A DNA stretch of 40,250 nucleotides from Longimicrobiales bacterium (GTDB taxonomy: Bacteria; Gemmatimonadota; Gemmatimonadetes; Longimicrobiales; Gaopeijiaceae), in contig CBDCKN010000007.1 of the NCBI GenBank assembly GCA_965218295.1, forward strand, positions 1 to 40,250, in the 5' to 3' direction. How positions within the stretch are numbered: the stretch's first letter is position 1; each line of letters opens with the position of its first letter. This document shows, in pieces, positions 27,990 through 40,250 of the stretch. Below the pieces are notes generated by a model. The model saw only the letters and a program-made list of their open reading frames with translations. It did no database searches and was not told where the DNA came from. The translations under genes were made by a program, and so were the position numbers.

Positions 27990-28549
27990 GAGACGAAACG
28001 ATCGCGCGAAACTACGCCGAGACCCTTCTCGAGGTAGCGGAGCGGCACGAAGGGCTGGAGGCATTCGGGGACGGCATCGAAGTCGTCGCCCGCCTCGTCG
28101 ACGAGAACCCCAGCTTCCGGATCTTCCTGGAGACCCCGCGGATCGCGGCGAGTCAGAAGAAAGAGGTCATCCGGAGGGTCTTCACGGATACCCTGCCGGC
28201 GACTCTGATCAACTTCCTGCTCGTCACCATCGACAAGAGGAGACAGCGTCTTCTGGGGGAGATCGCGCAGGAGTACCACACCCTCGTGGACCAGCGTCTG
28301 GACCGCGTGCGGGTAGAGGTCACGCTGGCTCGCAGCATGGACGAAGCATCCATGGCCGAGCTTCAGGAGCGGCTGACGGCCCTCATCGGCCGCCAGGCTA
28401 TCCCCCAGGTGCGGGTGAAGCCGAGCATCCTCGGCGGCGTCGTCGTTCGGGCGGGTGACACGATTTACGATGGATCCCTGCGGCGCAGGCTGGACGGACT
28501 GCGTCGGAGGTTGCTTACGACCGACCTCCCCAAGGTAGGTGAGGCATGA
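27986..28549 (+). CDS. atpH: F1 subunit delta
   Basis: IARNYAETL, NFLL..IDKRR, PSILGGVVVRAGDTIYDGSL. Confidence 0.94.
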   Translation: MRDETIARNYAETLLEVAERHEGLEAFGDGIEVVARLVDENPSFRIFLETPRIAASQKKEVIRRVFTDTLPATLINFLLVTIDKRRQRLLGEIAQEYHTLVDQRLDRVRVEVTLARSMDEASMAELQERLTALIGRQAIPQVRVKPSILGGVVVRAGDTIYDGSLRRRLDGLRRRLLTTDLPKVGEA

Positions 28550-28608
28550 CGGTAGAGAGATCGGGCCGGCCCGAGCCGGCTTTCGTGACGGAATCACAGG
28601 ACTAGGCA

Positions 28609-30201
<1,593 letters not shown>

Positions 30202-30233
30202 GCCGGCACACGAGAGGCGAGGGAAGCTAGCCG

Positions 30234-31094
30234 ATGGCGGGCGCGCGCGACGTCAAGCGACGGATCAAGTCGGTCGAGAACACCCGGCAGATCACACGAA
30301 CGATGGAGCTGGTGGCCACGTCCAAGCTGAAGAAGGCCACGGACCGGGTCCGGGCGGCCCGACCGTACGCCGACTCGCTAGCGCAAATCGTCCGCAGTCT
30401 GTACGCACCGGAGCTCTCCGAGCGTTTCCCGCTCCTCCGTAGCCCCGAGCGCGTCCGGCGGGCGGCGGTGCTCCTGCTCACCGCCAACCGCGGGCTGGCG
30501 GGTGGCTTCAACGCCAACCTGATCAAGGAGGCGCGACTCCTCCTGGAGCGGCTCGAAAGCGAAAGCGTGGAGACAGACCTTCACATTGTGGGCAAAAAGG
30601 GGATCGCCTACTTCCGCTTCCGGGGGCGTGAGATCGCTTCGAGCAACATCGACATCGGCGACAGCCCGTCCATGGACGATGCCGAATCGGTCATCGGTGG
30701 ACTGCGGGACGACTTCGCGGCGGGTCGCGTCGATGCGGTCCACGTGGTGAGCTCCGAGTTCAGGTCGGCACTGTCGACGCCGCCCAGGGTGGTGGAGCTG
30801 CTGCCGATTCGACCTGCCGGCGAATCGACCTCCCTGGACAACTACCTCCTCAGTCCGAAGGCGGAGATCCTCCTCGAGCGGGTGCTGCCAGCGTACCTCC
30901 GCAATGCCACCTACCGGGCGTTGGTGGAGAACGCCGCTGCGGAGCAGGGTGCCCGGCGAACCGCCATGAAGAGCGCGACCGACAATGCGGGTGACGTGCT
31001 CGAGTACCTGACGCGCACATACAACCGGGCCCGACAGGCTCAGATCACTCAGGAGATCGCCGAGATCGTCGGTGGTGCGGCCGCCCTCGAGTAG
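30234..31094 (+). CDS. atpG: F1 subunit gamma
   Basis: RIKSVENTRQITRTMELVA, RGLAGGFN, AMKSATDNA, RQAQITQEIAEIVGGA. Confidence 0.97.
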   Translation: MAGARDVKRRIKSVENTRQITRTMELVATSKLKKATDRVRAARPYADSLAQIVRSLYAPELSERFPLLRSPERVRRAAVLLLTANRGLAGGFNANLIKEARLLLERLESESVETDLHIVGKKGIAYFRFRGREIASSNIDIGDSPSMDDAESVIGGLRDDFAAGRVDAVHVVSSEFRSALSTPPRVVELLPIRPAGESTSLDNYLLSPKAEILLERVLPAYLRNATYRALVENAAAEQGARRTAMKSATDNAGDVLEYLTRTYNRARQAQITQEIAEIVGGAAALE

Positions 31095-32557
<1,463 letters not shown>

Positions 32558-32558
<1 letters not shown>

Positions 32559-32890
32559 TGGCCGGCTTGAGCGTTCGAGTGGTCTCCCCGGAGATGCTCC
32601 TGTTCGAGGGCGCGGCGGCTTCTGTCGTGGCGCCGGCCTGGGACGGGAAGGTGGGGATACTCCGCGGGCATGCCCCCATGATCGCTCTGCTCGGGTCGGG
32701 AGAGTTGTCGATCGATCTGCCCGAGGGCGGGAGCGAGAGCTTCTTCGTGGCTGGAGGCGTTCTGAAGGTTGAGGGCTCGGAGCTCACGATACTGACGGAG
32801 TACGCGGGATCGGAGGCCCCGGAAGAGCTGCCCTCCGGTGCCAGGGTCGATGTGGGTGCCATCTTCGAGGCGATGGAGGGCAAAGCCTGA
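32558..32890 (+). CDS. atpC: F1 subunit epsilon (short form)
   Basis: VRVVSPE, GKVGILRGHAPMI, FFVAGGVLKV beta-sandwich. Confidence 0.9.
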
Positions 32891-32918
32891 CAACTCGCAC
32901 CCCACGCGGCAGGGATCG

Positions 32919-32971
32919 GACCCGGCGAGCGCTCCTTGAGTATGTAAGGGGTTCGCCGAGTCATTCTTTTT
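32919..32971 (+). terminator. Probable intrinsic terminator of the atp operon
   Basis: gacccggcgagc...gttcgccgagtc imperfect stem followed by attcttttt. Confidence 0.65.
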
Positions 32972-33061
32972 GATGGGTGGCGCCTCTCCGTCTTCTCGCA
33001 CTTCCGGACATCTCGATGGGCACTCCACGGCGTGGGTCGGACCCATGAGGCGCGTCAGAGG

Positions 33062-33880
33062 ATGAGGCTGGACCTCCACGTACACACGTCGGCGTCCGAC
33101 GGGGCGTGTAATCCCGGTGAGGTGGTGACCCTCGCCGGCGAAGCTGGTCTCGATGTCATATCCATCACGGATCACGACACTGTGGCCGGGCTTCCGCAGG
33201 CCATGGAGGCGGCTGCCGGACAGGGCGTGCATGTCGTCCCGGGAGTGGAGGTCAGCAGCACCCTCGAGGACAAGGAATACCACATCTTGGGCTACTTCGT
33301 GGATCCGGATGCGCCGTCTCTCAGGGCCCACCAGCGTAGGGCGGTGGAGGGGCGCGAGCGCAGGATGCTCCAGATGGTGGATCGGCTCCGACGTCAGGGG
33401 CTCCTGATCGAGTACCAAGACGTCCTGGAGGAAGCGGGTCCCGAGCGCTCGGCCGTCGGTCGGCCTCACCTGGCCCGGGCACTGGTGGCTGGGGGGTACG
33501 TGTCCTCGACGCCGGATGCGTTCGCCCGCCTTATCGGTGATGGCCATCCGGCTCACGTCCCGACCCGGCTGTCGACTCCGGGCGAAGCCATCCAGATCAT
33601 CCTGGACGCTGGGGGCATCCCCGTCTGGGCCCATCCCCACGCCGATCTCCTGCCCCGACGCCTTCCCGAGTTTGTGCAGGAGGGGCTCCGCGGCCTGGAG
33701 GTCTACCGGCCCCGATCGCGACCCAATCACATCCTCGAGCTCGAGCGAGCCGCCAAAGCTTCGAACCTGCTGATGACGGGTGGCTCCGACTGGCACACCG
33801 CCGACGCTGGAGCCGCGCTGGGGGACTTCTTCGTGACCGAGGAGGAGGTGGCAGGCCTTCTGGAAGCTGGAGGGATGTAG
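33062..33880 (+). CDS. PHP-domain metal-dependent phosphoesterase (TrpH/YciV-like)
   Basis: DLHVHTSASDG, ITDHD, GVEVS, HILGY, GRPHLA, WAHP, GGSDWH. Confidence 0.92.
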   Translation: MRLDLHVHTSASDGACNPGEVVTLAGEAGLDVISITDHDTVAGLPQAMEAAAGQGVHVVPGVEVSSTLEDKEYHILGYFVDPDAPSLRAHQRRAVEGRERRMLQMVDRLRRQGLLIEYQDVLEEAGPERSAVGRPHLARALVAGGYVSSTPDAFARLIGDGHPAHVPTRLSTPGEAIQIILDAGGIPVWAHPHADLLPRRLPEFVQEGLRGLEVYRPRSRPNHILELERAAKASNLLMTGGSDWHTADAGAALGDFFVTEEEVAGLLEAGGM

Positions 33881-33888
33881 ATGGGAGG

Positions 33889-34533
33889 TTACGCGTCGGA
33901 CCCAAAGGGCCTCAGGAGCCCCCGCACGGCCTCCCCCGGATCCGGGGCGCTCATGACTGCCCCGATGACCGCGATCCCTCGGGCCCCGACTCCGGCCACG
34001 TCGGCCGCTCGCTCCGGGGTGATGCCTCCGATTCCCACCACCGGGATCGACACGGCCTCCACGACACGCTGGAGCCCCGACAGGCCGATCACCTCTCCGG
34101 GGTCGGACTTGTTGGTCGTCGCATAGACCGTGCCGGAGCCGATGTAGTCGGCGCCGTCCGCCTCGGCTCTTGCGGCTTCTTGGGGATCGTCGGTGGAGTA
34201 TCCCACGATGAAGTCCCTGGGGACGGCGGACCGGACTTCCTTGACCGGCGGGTCGTCGGGCCCGAGATGGACTCCGTCGGCGCCGGTAGCGAGGGCGACG
34301 TCCAGCCGGTCGTTCACGAAGAAGAGGGCGCCTGCGGAGCGCACCATGGGAAGGAGTCTCCGAGCCATGGCCGTGACCTCTCGGGCGGTAGCGTCCTTGG
34401 CCCTCAGCTGGATAGCCGGCGCCCCCGCCTCCAGGGCCTGGCTGAGCACGTGCTCGAGTCCGAGGGGCCCGGCCAGGCGCTCATCCGTGATCACCACAAG
34501 GCGAAGCCGTCTGCCAAGCTGGGAGAGATTCAC
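33889..34533 (-). CDS. thiE: Thiamine-phosphate synthase
   Basis: QLRAK, VNDRLDVALATGADGVHLGPDD, YATTNK, VGIGGI; start GTG 34533 (or 34554). Confidence 0.93.
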   Translation of the reverse strand: MNLSQLGRRLRLVVITDERLAGPLGLEHVLSQALEAGAPAIQLRAKDATAREVTAMARRLLPMVRSAGALFFVNDRLDVALATGADGVHLGPDDPPVKEVRSAVPRDFIVGYSTDDPQEAARAEADGADYIGSGTVYATTNKSDPGEVIGLSGLQRVVEAVSIPVVGIGGITPERAADVAGVGARGIAVIGAVMSAPDPGEAVRGLLRPFGSDA

Positions 34534-34560
34534 CGGTGACCGTACTCCCTCCACAGGCCC

Positions 34561-35571
34561 CTAGGGACGATTCGACTCGTCCCACTCCCTGCGGGCGACT
34601 CCACGTGCCCGATTGTGCTCCTCGAGGCTGTTGGTGAAGAGGTGGCTACCATCCGGGCGCGCTACGAAGTAGAGGTAGGGCTCGTCCGAGGGATAGAGGG
34701 CGGCTTGCAGCGCGGCGTCGCCCGGCGCCCCGATGGGTCCTGGGGGAAGGCCGCTCCGGGTGTAGGTGTTGTAGGGACTGTCGGCTACGGAGTCGATGGC
34801 CGCGAACAACAGTCGTTCGCGACGGCCACCCAGAGCATACAGGACGGTCGGATCCGCCTGGAGGAGGTACCCCAGGCGGAGCCGATTGTGGTACACGCCC
34901 GAGATGGTGGGCATCTCCCAAACCTGCCGCACTTCGGCCTGGATGATGGAGGCCAGGGTAACGACCTCCGCTTCGCTCATCTCGAGCTCGTCGAGTCGCG
35001 CGACCCGCTGGGGCGTCCACATCGAGCGGTATTGGTCGATCATGGCCCCCACGACCACGTCGAGGCCGACGCCCCTGGCGAAGCGGTACGTATCGGGGAA
35101 AAGGTACCCTTCGAGGCCGGGACCCGGGACGTTCCAGCGCTGGTGGGCCAAGGGATCCGACAGGCCCGCCCGGACGCTGTCCGGGTGCTCTTCCGTGAGT
35201 TCGGCGATCCGATCGACCATGGCGGCAAGCGTAAAGCCTTCGGGGATCGTGATTTCCTCAGTGCTGACCCGACCCGTCGTGAGGAACTCGAGGATCTCGC
35301 TCCAAGCCCCGCCCGGGACCAGGTCGTAGTCCCCTGCTCGGATCTGGCGATCGGCGCCTTTCAGTCGAGCGTAGAGTCGGAATCGACGGGGCCCGATCAC
35401 GATACCACGCTCCACCAGCGTGTCCAGGACGGTCTCGAAGGTCACGCCCGGCGGAACGGTTACCCTCACCGGTTCGCCCGGCTCACCCGAACCGCAGGCG
35501 ACGTAGGCGAGGCACGCCATGAGGGTTTGTGCGAGGAGCAGTGTGGGCCTCCGGAGCCGGGCGGGTCTCAC
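34561..35571 (-). CDS. mltG: Endolytic transglycosylase MltG
   Basis: ITIPEG, LEGYLFPDTY, LASIIQAE, LQADPTVLY, SPYNTY..GLPPGPI, YLYFVA. Confidence 0.95.
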   Translation of the reverse strand: MRPARLRRPTLLLAQTLMACLAYVACGSGEPGEPVRVTVPPGVTFETVLDTLVERGIVIGPRRFRLYARLKGADRQIRAGDYDLVPGGAWSEILEFLTTGRVSTEEITIPEGFTLAAMVDRIAELTEEHPDSVRAGLSDPLAHQRWNVPGPGLEGYLFPDTYRFARGVGLDVVVGAMIDQYRSMWTPQRVARLDELEMSEAEVVTLASIIQAEVRQVWEMPTISGVYHNRLRLGYLLQADPTVLYALGGRRERLLFAAIDSVADSPYNTYTRSGLPPGPIGAPGDAALQAALYPSDEPYLYFVARPDGSHLFTNSLEEHNRARGVARREWDESNRP

Positions 35572-35993
35572 GAGCTTCTCTGTGTGTCCAGCCAGCTCTG
35601 AAGGATCAGCACGGCGGCAGCCGCATCCACCCGGTCCTTCTCCTCTCTCTTGCTCTTGGGGAGACCGAGGCTCCGGACCGCCCGCTCGGCGCGGGCCGAG
35701 GTGAACCGCTCATCTACGAGCTGGACCGGCAGCCCCGACCGCTCTTCCAGCTTGCCGGCGGCGTCCCGCACCGTGCGCGTCCAGTCCGTGTCGTCTCCCG
35801 AAAGGGCCAGAGGAAGTCCCACCACGATGACCTGGACCCCATACTCCTCAGCGAGCTCTTCGAGGGCTCGAAGGGGCATGTGCTTGCCTGCCCTCCGTCG
35901 AAGGGTGGGGAGTGGTTGGGCGATTACGCCGGTCGGGTCGCTAACCGCGACACCGACCCGCCGCTCACCGAAATCGATCCCCAGGGCGCGCAT
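35568..35993 (-). CDS. ruvX: Holliday junction resolvase-like / pre-16S rRNA nuclease RuvX (YqgF)
   Basis: LGIDFGERRVGVAVSD, VVGLP, VDERFTS, DAAAAVLILQSWL. Confidence 0.95.
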   Translation of the reverse strand: MRALGIDFGERRVGVAVSDPTGVIAQPLPTLRRRAGKHMPLRALEELAEEYGVQVIVVGLPLALSGDDTDWTRTVRDAAGKLEERSGLPVQLVDERFTSARAERAVRSLGLPKSKREEKDRVDAAAAVLILQSWLDTQRSS

Positions 35994-36128
35994 ATCCCCC
36001 TTACGAAAGGTTCGGATACATTAGTACATACGACCGGTGCTCAATATACACCCGGAGTGGCCCTTTCCGGCCGGTCCGGATGACGAAAGCGATAACTCGA
36101 AGCGGATGGGCCGGCGTCGGAGGCGACG

Positions 36129-36377
36129 ATGGAGTACGACCAGGACGCGAATGCCATGAACTTCGTATCCGGCTTCCTTCTAGGGGTCATCGTCGGAGCG
36201 GGCATCGCCCTGCTCACGGCTCCGGACGCCGGGAACCGGACTCGTCGAAAGATCCGTCGGGTGGCAGGAGGGCTGAAGGACTCTGCCACGGATCAGCTGG
36301 ACGATTTCGCGGAGGATGTGAAGGCGAGGGTGGACGATGCGGTCCGCGGGGCCCGCAAGCGCTTGATGACGAAGTGA
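36129..36377 (+). CDS. YtxH-domain protein
   Basis: GFLLGVIVGAGIALLTAP..G..TR pattern; RBS GGAGG. Confidence 0.8.
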   Translation: MEYDQDANAMNFVSGFLLGVIVGAGIALLTAPDAGNRTRRKIRRVAGGLKDSATDQLDDFAEDVKARVDDAVRGARKRLMTK

Positions 36378-36393
36378 AGAGGGCGAAACCTCG

Positions 36394-37725
36394 TTGATTC
36401 CCTCCCGCCTCATCGAGGAGAAACGGGACGGCCACGAGCTCGATCCTGAGGATCTCGAGGCCTTTCTGACGGCATACCTCGAGGACGAGCTGCCCCACTA
36501 TCAGATGTCCGCCTTCCTCATGGCGGTTCTCTTCCAGGGGCTCTCTCCCGGGGAGCTCGAGTGCCTCGTCGAGGTCATGCTCCATTCCGGCGACGTGCTG
36601 GAGCTGGACCACCTCCCCGGTTCGAAGATGGACAAGCACTCCACGGGTGGCGTGGGTGACAACGTCTCTCTGGTCCTTGCCCCTCTGGCCGCGGAGCTCG
36701 GCCTTTTCGTCCCAATGATGTCGGGCCGCGGCCTGGGGCATTCCGGCGGCACGCTCGACAAGCTCGAGGCCATCCCCGGCTTTCGCACCGATGTGAGCCT
36801 CTCCGAGTTCGGGGACATTCTCGAAAGCGTTGGGTGCGCCATGATCGGCCAGACCGCCGAGATCGCGCCTCTGGACAAGCGCCTCTACGAGCTGCGCAGC
36901 GTCACCGGGGCCGTTCCGTCCATCCCCTTGATCTCTGCCAGCATCATGAGCAAGAAGCTCGCGGAGGGGCTGGACGGGCTCGTTCTCGACGTGAAGACGG
37001 GCTCCGGGGCCTTTCTCCCGGATCTGGAGGACACACTGGAACTGGCCCGGACCATGGTGGACATCGGGAGTAGGCGGGACACCCTCACCGTGGCCCTCGT
37101 CACGGCCATGGACCGTCCCCTGGGACGAGCCATCGGAAACGCCTTGGAGGTGAGCGAGGCAGTCGAGTGCCTCCGGGGCGAAGGACCTTCCGATCTCAGG
37201 GACGTCGTGGTGGCATTGACCGGCGAGATGCTCGTGCTGGATGGGGCGGCCTCCGACGCGGCGGAAGCCGAGGACCGCTGCCGCGAGATCCTGGCATCGG
37301 GAGCGGCCTTGGAGCGGTTCCGTCGACTCGTCGATGCCCAGGGGGGAGACGCGTCGATCATCGAAGACCCGGACCGCCTGCCGCGTGCACCGGTGCAGCT
37401 GGAGGTCCGTGCCGAGACGGACGGGGTCGTCCAGGAAGTGACCCCGCGGCGCCTCGGCCATGCGGTGGTGGAGATGGGCGGAGGTCGCCGGGAACTCGGG
37501 GACACCATCGATCCCGGCGTCGGGTTCGTGGTGGCGGCTCGCCCGGGCGATCACCTGGTTTCCGGTGATCTGTTGGGCGAGGTGCACGCCACGGACGAGG
37601 CTTCTGCGGAGGTGGCGGTCCGTGCCTTCTGGGAGGCGGTTCGGATCGGCTTGGAGGCAGATCTGCCGGCTCAACCCCTGATCTCGCACCGCGTCACCCG
37701 GGACGGCGTAGAGGTGCTCGGCTAG
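36394..37725 (+). CDS. pdp: Pyrimidine-nucleoside / thymidine phosphorylase
   Basis: KRDG, DKHSTGGVGD, SGRGLGHSGGTLDKLEAIPG, ASIMSKKLAEG, LDVKTGSGAF. Confidence 0.93.
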   Translation: MIPSRLIEEKRDGHELDPEDLEAFLTAYLEDELPHYQMSAFLMAVLFQGLSPGELECLVEVMLHSGDVLELDHLPGSKMDKHSTGGVGDNVSLVLAPLAAELGLFVPMMSGRGLGHSGGTLDKLEAIPGFRTDVSLSEFGDILESVGCAMIGQTAEIAPLDKRLYELRSVTGAVPSIPLISASIMSKKLAEGLDGLVLDVKTGSGAFLPDLEDTLELARTMVDIGSRRDTLTVALVTAMDRPLGRAIGNALEVSEAVECLRGEGPSDLRDVVVALTGEMLVLDGAASDAAEAEDRCREILASGAALERFRRLVDAQGGDASIIEDPDRLPRAPVQLEVRAETDGVVQEVTPRRLGHAVVEMGGGRRELGDTIDPGVGFVVAARPGDHLVSGDLLGEVHATDEASAEVAVRAFWEAVRIGLEADLPAQPLISHRVTRDGVEVLG

Positions 37726-37729
37726 GAGC

Positions 37730-39865
37730 TCAGTTCCCCCTCCCGCCGATGTCCGCGGGGATCCGGAAGAGGCGGAAGTCGTCACGATCACAGTACTCGG
37801 TGGGCTCCGTCCCTGGCAGGAAGAGCTCCAGGATCTGGTCCTCCTGGGGGCACCACTGAGACGCCAGCTTCCCGGTGGTCTTGTCGATCAGCCGGGTGAC
37901 GAGGCCCTCGGGGATCGGCCACGGCTCCGAGATGGGCAGGACCGGCTCGCGCATCTCCTCGTCGAGGGCCTCCGGATCCCCGTAGTAGACGCGACGCATG
38001 AAGCTCCCCCACACGGGGGCGGCGTCGCCTCCACCGGTGGCGGAAGGTCGGATCTCCCGGGGCAGGTCCAACCCGAACCACACGGTGGCCATGAGGTTCG
38101 GCGTGACCCCGTTGAACCACACGTCGGTGCCGTCGTTGGTCGTGCCGGTCTTTCCCGCGGCCACCACTTCCCGATCGAGCCCAGCCACGATGCGGATGGC
38201 GATGTTCCCGGTACCCCCGTCCACCACGCCTTGCAGCATGGAGATCATGATCCGGGCCACCAGAGGATCCAGGACCTGTGTCCGCTCGGGCTCTGGATCC
38301 CAGATGATGCGGCCCTGGGCGTCTTCTACCCTCAGGATGGGGAAGGGACGCACCTTGGTGCCCTGGTTCGCGAACGTGGAGTAGGCCTCCGCCATCTCCA
38401 GGGGGATCACCTCGGCCGCCCCGATGGCGGTGGACGGGTAGCGCTCGATCTCACTCCTGATCCCCATCCGCTGGGCCGTCTGCGCAACGCTCTCGAGCCC
38501 CACCTCCAGGGCCAGCTTGATGGCGATGATGTTCTGCGACTTCATGAGGCCGGTGCGGATGGTCATGGGCCCTTCGAACCGGTTGGAGAAGTTAGCCGGC
38601 CTCCACTCGGTGCCGTCGACCTGCATGGTCACCACTGGCGCGTCCAGCACCACGAACGTCGGGGGAATGCGAGCGGCCACGGCCGCGGTGTAGACGAACG
38701 GCTTAAACCCGGAGCCGGCCTGCCGGAGCGCCTGGGTCGCCCGGTTGAACTTCGACACCTGGAAGTCCCGTCCACCGATCATGGCCCTGACGGAGCCAGT
38801 CCACGGATCGAGCGCCACGAAGAGCCCTTGCACGTAGAGAAGCTCGGAGACGTCGACTCGTGCGGCGACGGAGTCCTGGTAGGCCTCGTAGGTCAAGTGC
38901 TCGAAGCCGGGTCGGGCCTCGATGCGCGCCCACCCTTCTCGCATGGAGACCTCGGCGGCCCGCTGCATGCGGACGTCCAGCGTGGTGTAGACCCTCAATC
39001 CCGCCGTGTAGAGCTTGCTCCCGAAGCGGTCGTCCAGAATCTGGCGGACCCACTCCTCGAAGTACGGGGCGATGCTTCCACCCGCCACGGCCCGTTCGGT
39101 TGGGATGGCGGCGGCCGCGTACCGCTCCAGATCCTCGGGCGGGAGGAAGCCCTGCTCTACCATGCGCCGTAGCACCAGGTCACGGCGGCGCCGCGCGTTC
39201 TCGGGGCGGAGAAGGGGGCTGTAATAGGCGGGCAGGTTGGGGATGGCCGCCAGGAGTGCCGTCTCCGCAGGATTCAGCTCCGACGCGTTCTTGGCGAAGT
39301 AGTTCCGGGCGGCGGTCTGGATGCCCCACCAGCCGTGACCGTAGTTGATCTCGTTGATGTAGGCTTCGAGGATCTGGTCTTTCGTGTACGATCGCTCGAG
39401 GGCGAACGCCACCTGGAGCTCCTTCAGCTTCCGTACGATGCGTCGCTCGAACCCGATCTGACTCTCGAACATGTTCCGGGCGAGCTGCTGGGTGATGGTG
39501 CTGCCCCCTCCCAGATTACGCCCCGTCAGCACACCGATCAGCGCCCTGGCAACTCCGCGGATGTCCACGCCGTGGTGGTCGTAGAAGCGCTTGTCCTCCA
39601 CCGCTACGAACGCGTCCAGCACGTAGTCCGGGAGCGCGTTGATGGACACGGGAGTGCGACGCTCGATGCCGATCTCCGCGAGGAGCCTGCCGTCGTGGCT
39701 GTAAAGCTTGCTGGTCTGCTCGGGCTCGAAGGTGCGGATCTGGGCGACAGAAGGACAGTCGGAGCAGAGGTTCTGCCAAGATCCCCACGCCACCCCGGAC
39801 CCCACCCCGACCAGGAGGAAGACGGTGAGAAGCAACAGCCGGGGACGCCATAGCTTCTTGATCAC
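37730..39865 (-). CDS. Class A penicillin-binding protein (PBP1A family)
   Basis: N-terminal TM; transglycosylase EDKRFYDHHG and GGSTITQQLARN; transpeptidase SGFK, SQN, KTGT. Confidence 0.95.
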   Translation of the reverse strand: MIKKLWRPRLLLLTVFLLVGVGSGVAWGSWQNLCSDCPSVAQIRTFEPEQTSKLYSHDGRLLAEIGIERRTPVSINALPDYVLDAFVAVEDKRFYDHHGVDIRGVARALIGVLTGRNLGGGSTITQQLARNMFESQIGFERRIVRKLKELQVAFALERSYTKDQILEAYINEINYGHGWWGIQTAARNYFAKNASELNPAETALLAAIPNLPAYYSPLLRPENARRRRDLVLRRMVEQGFLPPEDLERYAAAAIPTERAVAGGSIAPYFEEWVRQILDDRFGSKLYTAGLRVYTTLDVRMQRAAEVSMREGWARIEARPGFEHLTYEAYQDSVAARVDVSELLYVQGLFVALDPWTGSVRAMIGGRDFQVSKFNRATQALRQAGSGFKPFVYTAAVAARIPPTFVVLDAPVVTMQVDGTEWRPANFSNRFEGPMTIRTGLMKSQNIIAIKLALEVGLESVAQTAQRMGIRSEIERYPSTAIGAAEVIPLEMAEAYSTFANQGTKVRPFPILRVEDAQGRIIWDPEPERTQVLDPLVARIMISMLQGVVDGGTGNIAIRIVAGLDREVVAAGKTGTTNDGTDVWFNGVTPNLMATVWFGLDLPREIRPSATGGGDAAPVWGSFMRRVYYGDPEALDEEMREPVLPISEPWPIPEGLVTRLIDKTTGKLASQWCPQEDQILELFLPGTEPTEYCDRDDFRLFRIPADIGGRGN

Positions 39866-40038
39866 AGATTCGTTCTCCGTCGGCTAATGTGCGGCTCGGA
39901 CCCCTTGCTGCGGCTCGAACCTCGTACTGTGGCTCGGGCCCCGTGCCGGAGCCCCCACACGGGGACGCTCTCGGACAATCTCGAAGTACCGGTCAGGGAG
40001 CACCAAGGTCCCTACCATCGCGGGCACTCCGACATGTG

Positions 40039-40054
40039 TGCAGCTTTCATGCCA
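40039..40054 (-). promoter_or_regulatory. Sigma-54 -24/-12 motif facing the PBP1A gene
   Basis: Minus strand TGGCATGAAAGCTGCA; GG-N10-GC spacing exact. Confidence 0.5.
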
Positions 40055-40128
40055 TGAACCGGGTGTCGTGACATTCGTCACCGGCCGGTGTAGACACCGA
40101 CGGCTCGTCCTTCGCCCCGGAGACGCAC

Positions 40129-40250
40129 ATGAAGCGGACCACTCTCAGATTCGCTATCCTGATCTCTGGCCCTGCTCTGGCGTGTGGTGGAGGTGGTGGA
40201 GCGGGCGGGCCCAGGGAGAGCGCCGCGCCACAGCCGGAGGGCGTGCTTGC
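40129..40250 (+). CDS. Probable lipoprotein, 5' end only (runs off window)
   Basis: GGAG RBS; MKRTTLRFAILISGPALAC-GGGGG signal peptide with lipobox-like ALAC. Confidence 0.55.
   Translation, partial: MKRTTLRFAILISGPALACGGGGGAGGPRESAAPQPEGVL

Overview
High-GC housekeeping region. Gene content and style suggest a Gemmatimonadota-like bacterium, but that is inference only. Left ~17 kb is a protein-quality-control cluster (hslVU, engB, lon, clpX, clpP, tig, tRNA-Leu, htrA, stand-alone dnaK) with gcvT, a MogA/MoaB-family gene and a sigma-54 activator. It is followed by nucleoside salvage (nupC, PNP), thiD, a TrmH methyltransferase, prepilin peptidase, gamma-CA-like, CNNM/hemolysin and MoxR genes, a complete F1Fo ATP synthase operon with a Rex-like operator, then PHP, thiE, mltG, ruvX, YtxH, pdp and a PBP1A gene. 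The main unannotated signal is a 168-bp CTAG-bounded, fully palindromic, non-autonomous element (MITE-like, IS630- or IS5-type ends). It has two full copies (377-544, 5558-5725), both inserted exactly at TAG stop codons, two half copies on either side of dnaK, and two related end remnants. Copy 1 contains an end-to-end 54-codon GTG...TAG frame on both strands, which could relay hslV-to-hslU translational coupling. Upstream of dnaK are two overlapping divergent sigma-54 motifs and paired GCCA-N3-TGGC palindromes, next to a decayed rhomboid protease gene.
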